From Candidatus Woesebacteria bacterium RIFCSPLOWO2_01_FULL_39_61 (lineage in GTDB: Bacteria > Patescibacteriota > Microgenomatia > UBA8517): DNA of 64,000 nucleotides. The notes beneath the pieces were generated by a model. The model saw only the letters and a program-made list of their open reading frames with translations. It was not told where the DNA came from and ran no database searches. Position numbers and translations under genes: made by a program. Shown here one piece after another: positions 38,042-47,919 of this stretch. Where the stretch lies: assembly GCA_001793155.1 (NCBI GenBank), contig MGHI01000020.1, positions 9,898-73,897 of the forward strand. Direction: 5' to 3'. Every line of letters begins with the position of its first letter. Positions within the stretch are counted from its first letter, which is position 1.

Positions 38042-39316
38042 ATGGTAATCGGTATGTTTAGAAAATGGTGGTTTAAATGGCTCGTCGTCGGAATTTTAAT
38101 AAGACTAATTTTGATGCCGATCACTGTTCATCCCGATCTTTGGGTATTTACTTCAGCAGGTTATTTTTCAGCCTACGAGGGACGCCTGAGTATTTACGAG
38201 GATCTTGCTAATTTAAGTACCAACGAGCCGAACCATCCGTTAATAAAGATTGCGGGTAATATTAACGACTATTTTATATATCCGCCATTAGCCTATTTTA
38301 CTTTCGGTACCTTCCAAACTTTCCTGAAGCCGTTATTGGACCCTAATTTTATTCCCCAATACTGGAGTAATCCGGATTCTGTTTTTACCAATCCGTCCCT
38401 GCCCTGGCATTTGTTTTTATACAAACTTCCCTCACTTTTTATAGATATAGCTACAGCATTTTTATTAGCTGGTCTTTTTGAGAAACAATCAAGAAAAAAG
38501 TTAGCTTTTATTTTTTGGATGTTTAACCCGCTGACTGTTTACTCGACTTTTATGATGGGACAATTCGATATAATTCCGGTTTTATTTACTGTATTTGCTC
38601 TCGCTTTAGCCAAAAAGAAAAATTACTTTTGGGCGATATTATCACTGGGAGTCGCAGGAAGCTTTAAAATATATCCTCTTTTATTAATTCCGCCAATAGC
38701 TTTTTTGTCCGATAAGGATTTGTGGTCACGACTAAAATATCTGGTACTGGGATTTTTGCCTTTTTTAATAACAATCGCCTCATATATTTCCTCACCTGCC
38801 TTTAGACAGATGGTTTTATTTTCTTCCAAGAATCAAAAGATGCTCTTTTTGGGATTGCCTGTGTCGGGTGCAGAAGTTCTTTATCCATTTCTGATCATTT
38901 TGTTTTTAATATACTTTCACTCTCTTTATTCGAAGAAAACATTTGAATTATATGAATACTTTTTGATCATTCTTCTGACTATGTTTTCCGTTTCGAATTA
39001 CCACCCACAATGGTTTTTGTGGATCACTCCCTTCTTAATAATTTACTTAATAAAATATAATTTTAAATACGCTCTTTTGGTAGTGTCCTTATTCGGAGTC
39101 TGGTTAGTTTTAACACTTTTATTTGAAAGTTCACTTTCATACGGTCTTTTTAATCCGATATTCCCTAAATTAAAAGACGCAAAGAGTTTTGCCGATGTAT
39201 TTATTTCGTCTGATTTACTTTTTAAATTTAAAAGTATTATCAGAAGTATTTTTGCGGCCGTATCAATTTATATTTTTATATCCATCAATCAAAAGGAAGG
39301 AAACTATACCTCCTAA
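38042..39316 (+). CDS. multi-pass membrane protein, DUF2029/GT87-like putative GT-C glycosyltransferase
   Basis: ..FNPLTVYSTFMMGQFDIIPVLFTVFALALAKKK..LGVAGSFKIYPLLL.. resembles mannosyltransferase-type GT-C cores; TGcTAATAT extended -10 immediately upstream. Confidence 0.4.
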   Translation: MVIGMFRKWWFKWLVVGILIRLILMPITVHPDLWVFTSAGYFSAYEGRLSIYEDLANLSTNEPNHPLIKIAGNINDYFIYPPLAYFTFGTFQTFLKPLLDPNFIPQYWSNPDSVFTNPSLPWHLFLYKLPSLFIDIATAFLLAGLFEKQSRKKLAFIFWMFNPLTVYSTFMMGQFDIIPVLFTVFALALAKKKNYFWAILSLGVAGSFKIYPLLLIPPIAFLSDKDLWSRLKYLVLGFLPFLITIASYISSPAFRQMVLFSSKNQKMLFLGLPVSGAEVLYPFLIILFLIYFHSLYSKKTFELYEYFLIILLTMFSVSNYHPQWFLWITPFLIIYLIKYNFKYALLVVSLFGVWLVLTLLFESSLSYGLFNPIFPKLKDAKSFADVFISSDLLFKFKSIIRSIFAAVSIYIFISINQKEGNYTS

Positions 39317-39362
39317 AGTATTTCCAATCACCGAACTATTTAGGTAGAATATTGAAGTAGTT

Positions 39363-40091
39363 ATGGCAAAAAATCCGGATTTGAGTATAGTTATTCCCGC
39401 TTACAATGAAGAAAAGATTATTCAAAGTACTATAGCAAAAGTTATTTCCTATTTGAAGCGAAAAAGATTCGACTGGGAAATAATAGTTGGTGACGACGGA
39501 AGTAAGGATAGAACTTCCAAGATTGTTGGTAGTGTAAAAGACAAGAAGGTACGATTGGTCAGGCTGGTAAAAAACAGAGGCAAAGGCGCCGCATTGCGAG
39601 AAGGAATTTTAAACGCAACAGGAAAGTATATTATATTTATGGATGCAGATTTATCTGTTCCTCTTGAAAATATAGAAATATTTTTTAACACTCTCAATAA
39701 AGGAGCGGACTTGGCCATCGCCTCGAGGAGGGTTAAAGGTGCAAAGATTTTAATACACCAGCCTTGGTATAGGGAGACAATGGGAAGGGTATTTACTTTG
39801 TTAACACAATTGGTTACCGGGACCGATGTTGCGGATTTTACCTGCGGATTTAAGGGTTTCAAAAAAGAATCTGCCAAAAAAATTTTCCGCGCATCTTTAA
39901 TCGACCGCTGGGCATATGATGCCGAGATTATTTTTTTGGCAAAAAAGTTTGGTTTAAAGATTAGGGAAATTCCGATTGTTTGGAAAAATAGGGAAGACAC
40001 CAGGGTTCGGTTGAAAAGCGTGGTTTTGGAGACATTCCGAGACCTTCTTAAGATAAGGTGGAACGATTTATCGGGCAAGTATGAAAATTAG
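39363..40091 (+). CDS. polyprenol-phosphate sugar synthase-type GT2 (CsbB/DPM1-like)
   Basis: ..LSIVIPAYNEEKII..IIVGDDGSKDRT..FMDADLSVP..FTCGFKGFKK.. Confidence 0.75.
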   Translation: MAKNPDLSIVIPAYNEEKIIQSTIAKVISYLKRKRFDWEIIVGDDGSKDRTSKIVGSVKDKKVRLVRLVKNRGKGAALREGILNATGKYIIFMDADLSVPLENIEIFFNTLNKGADLAIASRRVKGAKILIHQPWYRETMGRVFTLLTQLVTGTDVADFTCGFKGFKKESAKKIFRASLIDRWAYDAEIIFLAKKFGLKIREIPIVWKNREDTRVRLKSVVLETFRDLLKIRWNDLSGKYEN

Positions 40092-41763
40092 ATTATTTTC
40101 CAAAGATAGATTTTTAGTACTCCTTCTTTTGATATTAGCTGTACCAACTTTTTCCTCTTTGCTCCGGCCGGGATTTTTCCCGATGCACGACGATATGCAG
40201 GCAATGAGACTTCTTCAGATCGATAAGTGCGTAAAAGATCTACAAATTCCATGCCGTTGGGTGCCGGATATGGGCTACGGTTACGGATACCCGCAGTTTA
40301 ATTTTTACGCACCAATGCCGTACTACATCATGGAAGCATTTCACTTGGTTGGACTAGGATTTTTGGATAGCGTGAAGGCAGGATTTATTGCAAGCACGAT
40401 TTTTGCGCTAGTAGGCATGTATCTCTTGGGTAGATTTTTATGGGGGAAGATGGGGGGGGCGGTAAGCTCTTTTCTATATATTTATGCACCGTACAGAGCA
40501 GTCGATTTTTATGTTAGGGGAGCGGTGGGGGAGCTTTGGGCATTAGCGTTTCTACCGTTTATTTTTTTATATTCTGCGAAAAGTCTAGAGGATGGAAAAA
40601 AATATAAAGTTTTATTTGCATTATCACTCGCCTCTCTCCTAACGTCGCACAATATTAGTGCTTTAATTTTTATTCCGATACTTCTTCTTTGGTTTATTTT
40701 TCTACTTTGGTATAAAAAAGACTCTACTTCTCTGAAACTAAAAGCAAAGGGTTTTAATTTTTTTACAGGGCTTTTTTGGGGGTTTGCAATTTCTGCCTTT
40801 TTCGTAATTCCAGCTTGGTTTGAAAAAAATTTTGTTCATATAGAATCACTTTTAGGTGGGTACTTTAACTATATAAACCATTTTGTCGGAGTCAGGCAGC
40901 TTCTTTTTGAAAACCAATGGGGTTATGGGACTAGTGAAGTTGGTCCATACGACGATATCCTGCTTTCCGTCGGACTAATACAATGGCTTTTACCTTTGGT
41001 TGTCTTAATTTTGCTTTTGATTCTTAAAAGGAAAAAGAGTTTTTTTCTCGTTTTATTTTTTACGTTGTTGGGATGGATAGCTCTTTTTATGGCGCACTCC
41101 CGCTCAAGTTTTATCTGGGATAAATTGTACTTTTTAGCTATCCTGCAATTTCCCTGGAGATTTTTAATAATTGCGACTTTTCTTTTTTCACTGGCTTCTG
41201 GAAGTGTATCGCTTTTATTTAAAAAAGTAACGGCAGGATACAAATTAACCTTTATTTTATTGATAGTTATCGGTTTTATGCTGTATCGGAGTAATTTTGT
41301 TCCAAGGATTTGGATTGACATTTCCGACTCCGAAAAATTTTCCGGCGATTCCTGGCAAAGGCAGCAGACAATAAGTATATTTGATTATCTGCCGATTTAT
41401 GCAGAAAAACCTCCGGGGAGTGCGGCACCCAATAAACCGGTGGCAATTGAAGGCAGGGTAGGATCGATTGAAGGACAAAAGGGAACTGATTGGCAGATAT
41501 GGAATGTAGAAATTGAGAGTGAAACTGCGATACTGCAACTACCTTTGTATTATTTTCCTAACTGGGAAGTTTTTGTTAACGGAGTTAAAACTCCAATTAA
41601 CTACACTAACAAACTTGGTTTAATAACTTTTTTCCTAAATCAGGGGAGTCATGAAGTCAAGGCAGAGTTAAGAAATACTCCGGTTAGGGTAGCAGGGAAT
41701 ACCATAAGCATAGCAGGGGTTATAGCAGTACCAATTTACCTTAAAAAGAAGAAGAAAACATGA
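40081..41763 (+). CDS. GT-C-fold membrane protein, YfhO/PTPS-related family, tandem paralog 1
   Basis: ..LLRPGFFPMHDDMQAMRLLQIDKC..IPCRWVPDMGYGYGYPQFNFY..; C-terminal beta-sandwich ..LPLYYFPNWEVFVNG..; contains a G8 tract. Confidence 0.55.
   Translation: MKIRLFSKDRFLVLLLLILAVPTFSSLLRPGFFPMHDDMQAMRLLQIDKCVKDLQIPCRWVPDMGYGYGYPQFNFYAPMPYYIMEAFHLVGLGFLDSVKAGFIASTIFALVGMYLLGRFLWGKMGGAVSSFLYIYAPYRAVDFYVRGAVGELWALAFLPFIFLYSAKSLEDGKKYKVLFALSLASLLTSHNISALIFIPILLLWFIFLLWYKKDSTSLKLKAKGFNFFTGLFWGFAISAFFVIPAWFEKNFVHIESLLGGYFNYINHFVGVRQLLFENQWGYGTSEVGPYDDILLSVGLIQWLLPLVVLILLLILKRKKSFFLVLFFTLLGWIALFMAHSRSSFIWDKLYFLAILQFPWRFLIIATFLFSLASGSVSLLFKKVTAGYKLTFILLIVIGFMLYRSNFVPRIWIDISDSEKFSGDSWQRQQTISIFDYLPIYAEKPPGSAAPNKPVAIEGRVGSIEGQKGTDWQIWNVEIESETAILQLPLYYFPNWEVFVNGVKTPINYTNKLGLITFFLNQGSHEVKAELRNTPVRVAGNTISIAGVIAVPIYLKKKKKT
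40452..40459 (+). repeat. poly-G homopolymer (G8) inside the paralog-1 coding region
   Basis: aagATGGGGGGGGCGgta codes ..KMGGA..; longest G/C run noticed, in an AT-rich genome; currently in-frame. Confidence 0.6.
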
Positions 41764-43424
41764 AAGACAAAATTGTGATTTTAATACTATTATTAGTTAT
41801 TTTACCGTCGAGCTTTTACCTTTTAGGCCGTGGATATTTCAATATGCACGATGATCTTCAGGTAATGAGGGTTTATCAAATGGATAAATGTTTTGCCGAC
41901 GGACAAATTCCCTGCCGCTGGTCCCCGGATATGGTTTACGGATACGGTCAAGCGATGTTTAATTTCTATAGCGCATTTCCTTATTATCTTGGAGCACTGA
42001 TCAGACTCGCAACTCCCCTTTCGATTATGGCAACGGTAAAGACCCTTTTTCTTATCTCACTAGTTCTATCTGCAATCGGGATGTATTTGCTTGCCAAAGA
42101 ATTTTGGGGAAAACTCGGAGGAATCCTTTCGGCGGTCTTATATTCCTATGCCCCTTATCACGCACTGGACATCTTTGTGAGAGGTGCTTTGTCAGAGAGC
42201 TTTGCCTTAAGCATCCTGCCTTTTTTGTGGCTTTCATTTTATCGGTTAGTGAAAAATCCAGGATATAAATATTTAGCTACTACTTCCATAGCCCTTTTTT
42301 TTCTATTGACGACCCATAATATTTCCAGTCTTATTTATGCTCCTTTTACAATCTTGTGGGTTTCGTTTTGGATAATAACCAGTAAAAATTGGAAAAGCGT
42401 CAAGTATATTTTTTTGTCGGGAATGTTGGGAGTCGGACTTTCTTCGTTTTTCCTTTTGCCTGCGATTTTTGAACAGTCTTTAATTCAAACGGAGTATTTG
42501 ACCAGTGAGTATTCGGATTATCACGCCCACTTCGTTTCTTTAAAACAGCTGTTTCTTCAAAGAAGTTGGGGTTTCGGACCATCTATTTTCGGTCCATATG
42601 ATGATCTGTCTTTTCAAATCGGCTGGCCACATTGGTGGTTAGCAGTGCTAACATCTTTCATCGCATTTTTCTGGATTTACAAAAGAAGATTTCTCCAAGC
42701 TCTGATAGTTTTCGGGCTACTATCGTTTTTTCTTTTATCTGCATTTTTGACTCACCCACGCTCTTTCTTTATTTGGGACGCTTTGCCACTACTGAAATTT
42801 GTTCAGTTTCCATGGAGATTTTTGAGTCTTGTCATTTTCTTTCTATCGTTCGCCTGCGGAACCTTAGCCAGACCAAACTGGTTTTTTAGAAAGGGTTTAA
42901 TTATTTTCATAATAATATTAACAATAGGATTAAATTTAAAATTCTTTAAACCTTTTAATTTTTCGAGAGGAGCAAAAGATGTAGATAAGTTAACCGGAAT
43001 TGGTTATGAGCTCCAGGAGAAAGCCGCGATTTTAGATTATTTGCCCAAAACCGCTAAGACCGCTCCTCCGGCATCCGCGCCTACAACACCCAAGCTTGTT
43101 TCCGGAGAAGGGATTATTAGCGGTTTCACAAAACAGACCAATAGGTTTAGTTTTGACGCCGATATTTATCAGGATGCGGAAGCAGTGATTCCTGTGATGT
43201 ATTTTCCCGGTTGGATTACCATTCTTGATAACGAGAGGGTGAGTAGCGGGACATATGGGGCTCATGGAGTTATTAGCGTCAAAATTCCAAAAGGAAAGCA
43301 TATCATAAGAGGTAGGTTTATTAATACCCCCATACGTTCTTTTGCCAATTCCATAACTGTTTTTTCCTTAGTATTACTTTTGTCCGGGATGATTCTTCGG
43401 GATAATCGCAAACTTAAAATATGA
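41760..43424 (+). CDS. GT-C-fold membrane protein, YfhO/PTPS-related family, tandem paralog 2
   Basis: ..LLGRGYFNMHDDLQVMRVYQMDKC..IPCRWSPDMVYGYGQAMFNFY..; ATGA overlap. Confidence 0.55.
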   Translation: MKDKIVILILLLVILPSSFYLLGRGYFNMHDDLQVMRVYQMDKCFADGQIPCRWSPDMVYGYGQAMFNFYSAFPYYLGALIRLATPLSIMATVKTLFLISLVLSAIGMYLLAKEFWGKLGGILSAVLYSYAPYHALDIFVRGALSESFALSILPFLWLSFYRLVKNPGYKYLATTSIALFFLLTTHNISSLIYAPFTILWVSFWIITSKNWKSVKYIFLSGMLGVGLSSFFLLPAIFEQSLIQTEYLTSEYSDYHAHFVSLKQLFLQRSWGFGPSIFGPYDDLSFQIGWPHWWLAVLTSFIAFFWIYKRRFLQALIVFGLLSFFLLSAFLTHPRSFFIWDALPLLKFVQFPWRFLSLVIFFLSFACGTLARPNWFFRKGLIIFIIILTIGLNLKFFKPFNFSRGAKDVDKLTGIGYELQEKAAILDYLPKTAKTAPPASAPTTPKLVSGEGIISGFTKQTNRFSFDADIYQDAEAVIPVMYFPGWITILDNERVSSGTYGAHGVISVKIPKGKHIIRGRFINTPIRSFANSITVFSLVLLLSGMILRDNRKLKI

Positions 43425-45079
43425 AACAGTATTTCAGAACTTATTTATTTCAGATTTTACTTTTAGTCTTTTCAGTTCCGGCTCTTTATTACTTAATAAC
43501 TCCGGGATTCTACGAACCACACGATTTGCATCATCTTGCCGATATATACCAAATGGCGAGAGCAATCACTTCGAGTCAATTCCCGCCGCGCCTTGGCCCT
43601 GATTTTACCTTCGGATTCAGTTATCCCCTTTTCAATTTTTACTACGTACTTCCTTTCTATATTGGCAGTTTGTTTTATTTTCTTTTCGGAAGTCTGACGG
43701 CTAGCTTAAAATCCGTTTTTTTACTATCCTGCCTTCTATCGGTATTCGGAATGTATCTTTTTCTAAAGGAGTTTGTAGGAAAAGTAGCGAGTTTAGCGGG
43801 AGCCGTGCTTTTTTTGTACACTCCCTACAGGGCTGTACAACTCTACGTCCGAGGTGCAATCGGCGAAGCTTTGGCGTTGGCACTCCTTCCATATGTGGCA
43901 CTTTTTATTATTAAAGTCCTAAAAAGACCAAAGCCTATTTATATTTTTTGCTCCGCCATAATGTTTTCTTCATTTATTCTTTCTCATAACTACTTCTTTG
44001 CATTAAGTACGCCATTTTTAATATTTTTATTTTTACTAATTTTTCCAGAGTCAGAAGATAAAAAAAACGCGGTGTCGGGATTGATAATTGCTGCAGTATT
44101 ATCAATAGGCCTGACGGCATACTGGTGGTTGCCGGCCTTAATTGAGCAAGGTCTTGTTGCCTCGATAACCCCCTTTCCGTTAGTAGATCATTTCCCTTTT
44201 ATTAAACAGTTAATACTCCCCAGTTGGGGATACGGAAGCAGCGTTTGGGGACCCGACGATCAGATTTCTTTTCAAATCGGTATTGTGAATCTTTTGGCGG
44301 TACTTGCATCGGTCGTCATTTTTATTTTTAAAAGAAGTTTGTTTAAAAATTCCAGAGTTTTTATTTGGGCAATCGGAGGATTTTTTATAAGTATTTTTTT
44401 TATGAATATACGCTCGCTGCCTATTTGGAAGATGTTGCCTTTCTATAATTTTATCCAATTTCCCTGGAGGCTTTTAAGTTTTACTGCATTTTTTTCTTCA
44501 ATACTTTTAGCTTTGGTCATAGAGGCACTACCAAAAGCTAGAAAAGTTTTGTTTACTACTCTTACTTTGGCGATGGCGACCCTTTTGACTTACGGTTATT
44601 TCCGACCGAGTAAAATTGTTTACAAAAGTGATTCCGACTACTTAAATTATTTTTTCAGTGACCCGACTTATAGCGAAGATTATTTGCTACTGCCCAAATG
44701 GGTTGGTGTCAGGCCGACAAAAAAGCCCGATCACAAAGTAGAAGTTGAAAACGGAACTGTAGAAGAAATTAAAGAAATCACTCCAATTAAATGGTCCTCG
44801 AGAGTTTCATTGGATCAAAATTCAAAAGTTAAATTTAACACATATTATTTTCCAGGCTGGACGGCTTCGGTTGACGGGACCGCGGTGCAAATTACTTCCG
44901 GAGAACCTTACGGGCAGATTGAATTAAGTGTTTCTGAAGGTAAACACACGCTTGAATTTATATGGAAAGAGACGAAACTAAGAAGGGCAGCAGATATTAT
45001 AAGCTTTATTTCTCTGGTCGCGACCTTTTTATTACTGACGGAAAAAGGAAAGGCCGTGTTCAGAAGATCATATGTTTAA
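43421..45079 (+). CDS. GT-C-fold membrane protein, YfhO/PTPS-related family, tandem paralog 3 (N-terminal motif substituted)
   Basis: ..LITPGFYEPHDLHHLADIYQMARA..FPPRLGPDFTFGFSYPLFNFY..; HDD becomes HDL and PCRW becomes PPRL; ATGA overlap. Confidence 0.5.
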   Translation: MKQYFRTYLFQILLLVFSVPALYYLITPGFYEPHDLHHLADIYQMARAITSSQFPPRLGPDFTFGFSYPLFNFYYVLPFYIGSLFYFLFGSLTASLKSVFLLSCLLSVFGMYLFLKEFVGKVASLAGAVLFLYTPYRAVQLYVRGAIGEALALALLPYVALFIIKVLKRPKPIYIFCSAIMFSSFILSHNYFFALSTPFLIFLFLLIFPESEDKKNAVSGLIIAAVLSIGLTAYWWLPALIEQGLVASITPFPLVDHFPFIKQLILPSWGYGSSVWGPDDQISFQIGIVNLLAVLASVVIFIFKRSLFKNSRVFIWAIGGFFISIFFMNIRSLPIWKMLPFYNFIQFPWRLLSFTAFFSSILLALVIEALPKARKVLFTTLTLAMATLLTYGYFRPSKIVYKSDSDYLNYFFSDPTYSEDYLLLPKWVGVRPTKKPDHKVEVENGTVEEIKEITPIKWSSRVSLDQNSKVKFNTYYFPGWTASVDGTAVQITSGEPYGQIELSVSEGKHTLEFIWKETKLRRAADIISFISLVATFLLLTEKGKAVFRRSYV

Positions 45080-46427
45080 ATTTAAGCCGCTATCAAAAAG
45101 GGAAACTCGGTTAATATTATTTTTTTTTCTCCTTTTGGGTTTTTCAGTCAGAATCATTTTTGTACCTTACTGGGTAAAAATTGACGGAGACTTGCTTCTC
45201 TTTTCCGATTGGGGAATAAAATTCTGGCAGTATGGTACAAAAGACTTTTACTTTGTTAAAGATTGGCACTACGCGACCCCCAACTATCCTCCGATAATTT
45301 CTTTAGTATACGGAGCGAGTTACTGGCTCTTTGATCACAAGTTCTATTTAGCACAGCTGCATAACCTAATAAGAATTCCGCCAGCCGTATTTATTATTTA
45401 TTTTTATCGAGAAGGTTATTGGCTACTTCTTAAAATGCCCTCAATATTGTCGGATCTCGGTATCGCAGCTATTATTTACAAGCTGGTTAAGGATTTTACT
45501 AAATCTTTCAAAGTGGCTTTTGCTGCATCTTTGTTTTATCTATTTAACCCCATTTCAATTTTTTTAAGCGGAGTTTGGGGACAGTCCGATAGTATGGTGT
45601 CACTTTTGGGTATGGGAGCATTTACCTTGCTGATCAGGGGAATGCCTGGAGCTTCAATCCTTTTTTACTTTAGCAGTCTCTATATAAAACCTAACTGGTT
45701 GATTTTTGCTCCGCTTTATCTTTTTATATTTTACAAGCTTCGTCCAAAGTTAAGGAGCTTGGTCATAGGAAGTGTTTCAACTATCGCACTTTTTGTCGTT
45801 TCTACCGCTCCTTTTGCGAAAGAAGGAATTCTACCCTTTTCCTGGTGGTTACTTAGGGAGAGGATAATTCCTACGGCAACGGTCGCCGGAAAACTTTCAG
45901 TCTCTGCTTTTAATTTCTACACCATTTTTTTTACTATCGACAAACACCCGGTCACGACTCAAGTTTTGGGTTTACCATTGGGAATGGCGGGGTGGATTTT
46001 GTTTCTGACGGTAAATTTGATAGTCATCTCCGGTCTTGTTAAAAAGAAGTTATCTGAACCCGACGTGGTTTATTCCCTTTTTACAATCGGATTTGCCGGG
46101 TTTTTGTTTTTGCCGAATATGCTGGAAAGATACTTTTTTCCCTCCTTCATTCCGATGATTATTCTGATATTTTCCCAACCGAGGTTGCTAACCTACGGTC
46201 TGATTATCAATATGTCGCTATTTATGAATATAGTCTGGGCGTTTTTCAGAAGAACCAAAGGCGAGATTAATGATTTTTTTACCGAAAATAACTTTTTAGT
46301 CATCAGGATTTTGTCGTCGTTAGTAGCACTGTCTTGGCTTTTCATTGTCACACGAGGGGAATTTCAAACAAAACATGTTACATCTCTGAAAAACAAGCTT
46401 CTCATGTTAAAATTTAGTCGTGGCTGA
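45072..46427 (+). CDS. multi-pass membrane protein, DUF2029-like putative GT-C
   Basis: ..FNPISIFLSGVWGQSDSMVSLLGMGAFTLLIRG.. parallels the motif in the 38042 protein. Confidence 0.35.
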   Translation: MFKFKPLSKRETRLILFFFLLLGFSVRIIFVPYWVKIDGDLLLFSDWGIKFWQYGTKDFYFVKDWHYATPNYPPIISLVYGASYWLFDHKFYLAQLHNLIRIPPAVFIIYFYREGYWLLLKMPSILSDLGIAAIIYKLVKDFTKSFKVAFAASLFYLFNPISIFLSGVWGQSDSMVSLLGMGAFTLLIRGMPGASILFYFSSLYIKPNWLIFAPLYLFIFYKLRPKLRSLVIGSVSTIALFVVSTAPFAKEGILPFSWWLLRERIIPTATVAGKLSVSAFNFYTIFFTIDKHPVTTQVLGLPLGMAGWILFLTVNLIVISGLVKKKLSEPDVVYSLFTIGFAGFLFLPNMLERYFFPSFIPMIILIFSQPRLLTYGLIINMSLFMNIVWAFFRRTKGEINDFFTENNFLVIRILSSLVALSWLFIVTRGEFQTKHVTSLKNKLLMLKFSRG

Positions 46428-47919
46428 AGTAACTAATGAAGAAGAACATTTGGACCCAACCAGCGAGATATCGCTCACCGCAGTAAAGGAAAGGGCTGTC
46501 AAAGGAGTTGCTGTATTAACTGGAAGGACATTTGTTTTAAGTTTAATCTCTTTAGTAGCGACTGGATTTTTGACTGTTTTTTTGGAACCCAGCGAGTTCG
46601 GAGTTTTTTGGATCGTTTCGGCCGTAGTCAATTTCCTGGTTTATTTTTCAGATATCGGGCTTGCCGCTGCACTCATTCAGAAGAAAGAAAAATTAAAAAA
46701 AAGCGAACTAAATACAACTTTTTTAGTTCAGCAAAGTCTGGTTATATCGCTTTTAATCATTTTATATTTATCGACCCCCTTTTTAAAAAGATATTATTCG
46801 TTAAGTGACGAAGGGGAATTTTTATTTTATGCCCTTGGTGCCTCACTTTTTCTATCGTCCCTAAAGACAATCCCCTCGGTTTTAATGGAGAGGCGATTGG
46901 AATTCGGAAAACTGGTGATTCCCCAAGTCCTTGAAAATCTTGTCTATAACCTGGTCGCCGTTTTTTTGGCTTGGAGCGGGTTCGGAATCAGGAGCTTTAC
47001 CTATTCGGTTCTTGCCAGGGGAATAGTTGGGCTTATCGTAATTTATATGCTAAGGCCGTGGTTTCCGGCTTTAAATTTTTCGAGAAAATCCCTCAGGAAG
47101 TTGCTAACATTTGGGATACCTTATCAGGTTAATACTTTTTTGGCCACGATTAAGGACGATGGCATGACCGCATATCTGGGCGGGATTTTGGGACCTACCG
47201 GAATCGGATTTTTGGGTTGGGCCCAAAAATGGGCCTACATGCCGCTTAGACTTTTCCTGGACCACGTTTTAAAGGTAACTTTCCCGGCGTTCTCCCGTAT
47301 GCAGAATGATAAGAAAGAACTCGAATACGCCGTTACCAGATCAATCTTTTTTGTATGTTTTCTGGTTTTTCCAAGTGTTGCCGGTCTTATTATCCTGGCT
47401 CCGATTTTAATAAAAATTATCCCGCGCTACGAAAAATGGGAACCGGCTCTTTTTCCTTTAGCTTTGATAAGTATTAATACCCTGTTTGCGGCAGCAACCA
47501 CGCAATTGACAAATTTACTCAATGCCATAGGAAAGATAAAAGTGACCTTTAAACTAATGGTGATGTGGACTGTCTTAACCTGGATATTCGTACCTTTTCT
47601 GACGATAAAATACGGGGTTAACGGGGCGGCTTTCGGATATGCAATGGTCGGAGCCAGTTCCATAATTGCTATTTATATAGTAAGAAAAATTATTAATTTT
47701 TCCCTTTACCGAAGTGTTTTTACACCCGCCGTTGCCGCCATAATAATGGCTTTGGTACTTTTACTATTTAAAGGATTCCTTCCAGTTAATATTACTTCCG
47801 TATGGCTTTTGGTGTTTGCAGGGACATTAGTTTATATGATATCCATGTACTTTTTGGTGGGTCCTTTAATACTCGCTGATGCTAAAAAAGGTATTCGGGC
47901 CGTTTTTTCAAGGAATTAA
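46420..47919 (+). CDS. wzx: oligosaccharide/polysaccharide flippase, MOP superfamily (Wzx-like)
   Basis: 499 aa; about 12-14 TM; N-terminus ..VKGVAVLTGRTFVLSLISLVATGFLTVFLEPSEFGVFW..DIGLAAALIQ.. typical of Polysacc_synt flippases. Confidence 0.65.
   Translation: MAEVTNEEEHLDPTSEISLTAVKERAVKGVAVLTGRTFVLSLISLVATGFLTVFLEPSEFGVFWIVSAVVNFLVYFSDIGLAAALIQKKEKLKKSELNTTFLVQQSLVISLLIILYLSTPFLKRYYSLSDEGEFLFYALGASLFLSSLKTIPSVLMERRLEFGKLVIPQVLENLVYNLVAVFLAWSGFGIRSFTYSVLARGIVGLIVIYMLRPWFPALNFSRKSLRKLLTFGIPYQVNTFLATIKDDGMTAYLGGILGPTGIGFLGWAQKWAYMPLRLFLDHVLKVTFPAFSRMQNDKKELEYAVTRSIFFVCFLVFPSVAGLIILAPILIKIIPRYEKWEPALFPLALISINTLFAAATTQLTNLLNAIGKIKVTFKLMVMWTVLTWIFVPFLTIKYGVNGAAFGYAMVGASSIIAIYIVRKIINFSLYRSVFTPAVAAIIMALVLLLFKGFLPVNITSVWLLVFAGTLVYMISMYFLVGPLILADAKKGIRAVFSRN

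Noticed and set aside
39449-40078. 209-aa ORF antisense to, and fully contained in, the GT2 gene 39363..40091
   Set aside because: The + strand ORF has unmistakable GT2/DPM1 motifs. Long antisense ORFs are expected by chance opposite codon-biased AT-rich genes. No motifs or independent start context support it.
28194-41321. Other 60-135-aa antisense or embedded ORFs in the six-frame track (for example 28194..28562, 33203..33610, 34609..35004, 40923..41321, 37021..37335)
   Set aside because: All lie inside well-supported genes on the opposite strand or in another frame. They have low-complexity translations and no family signatures.
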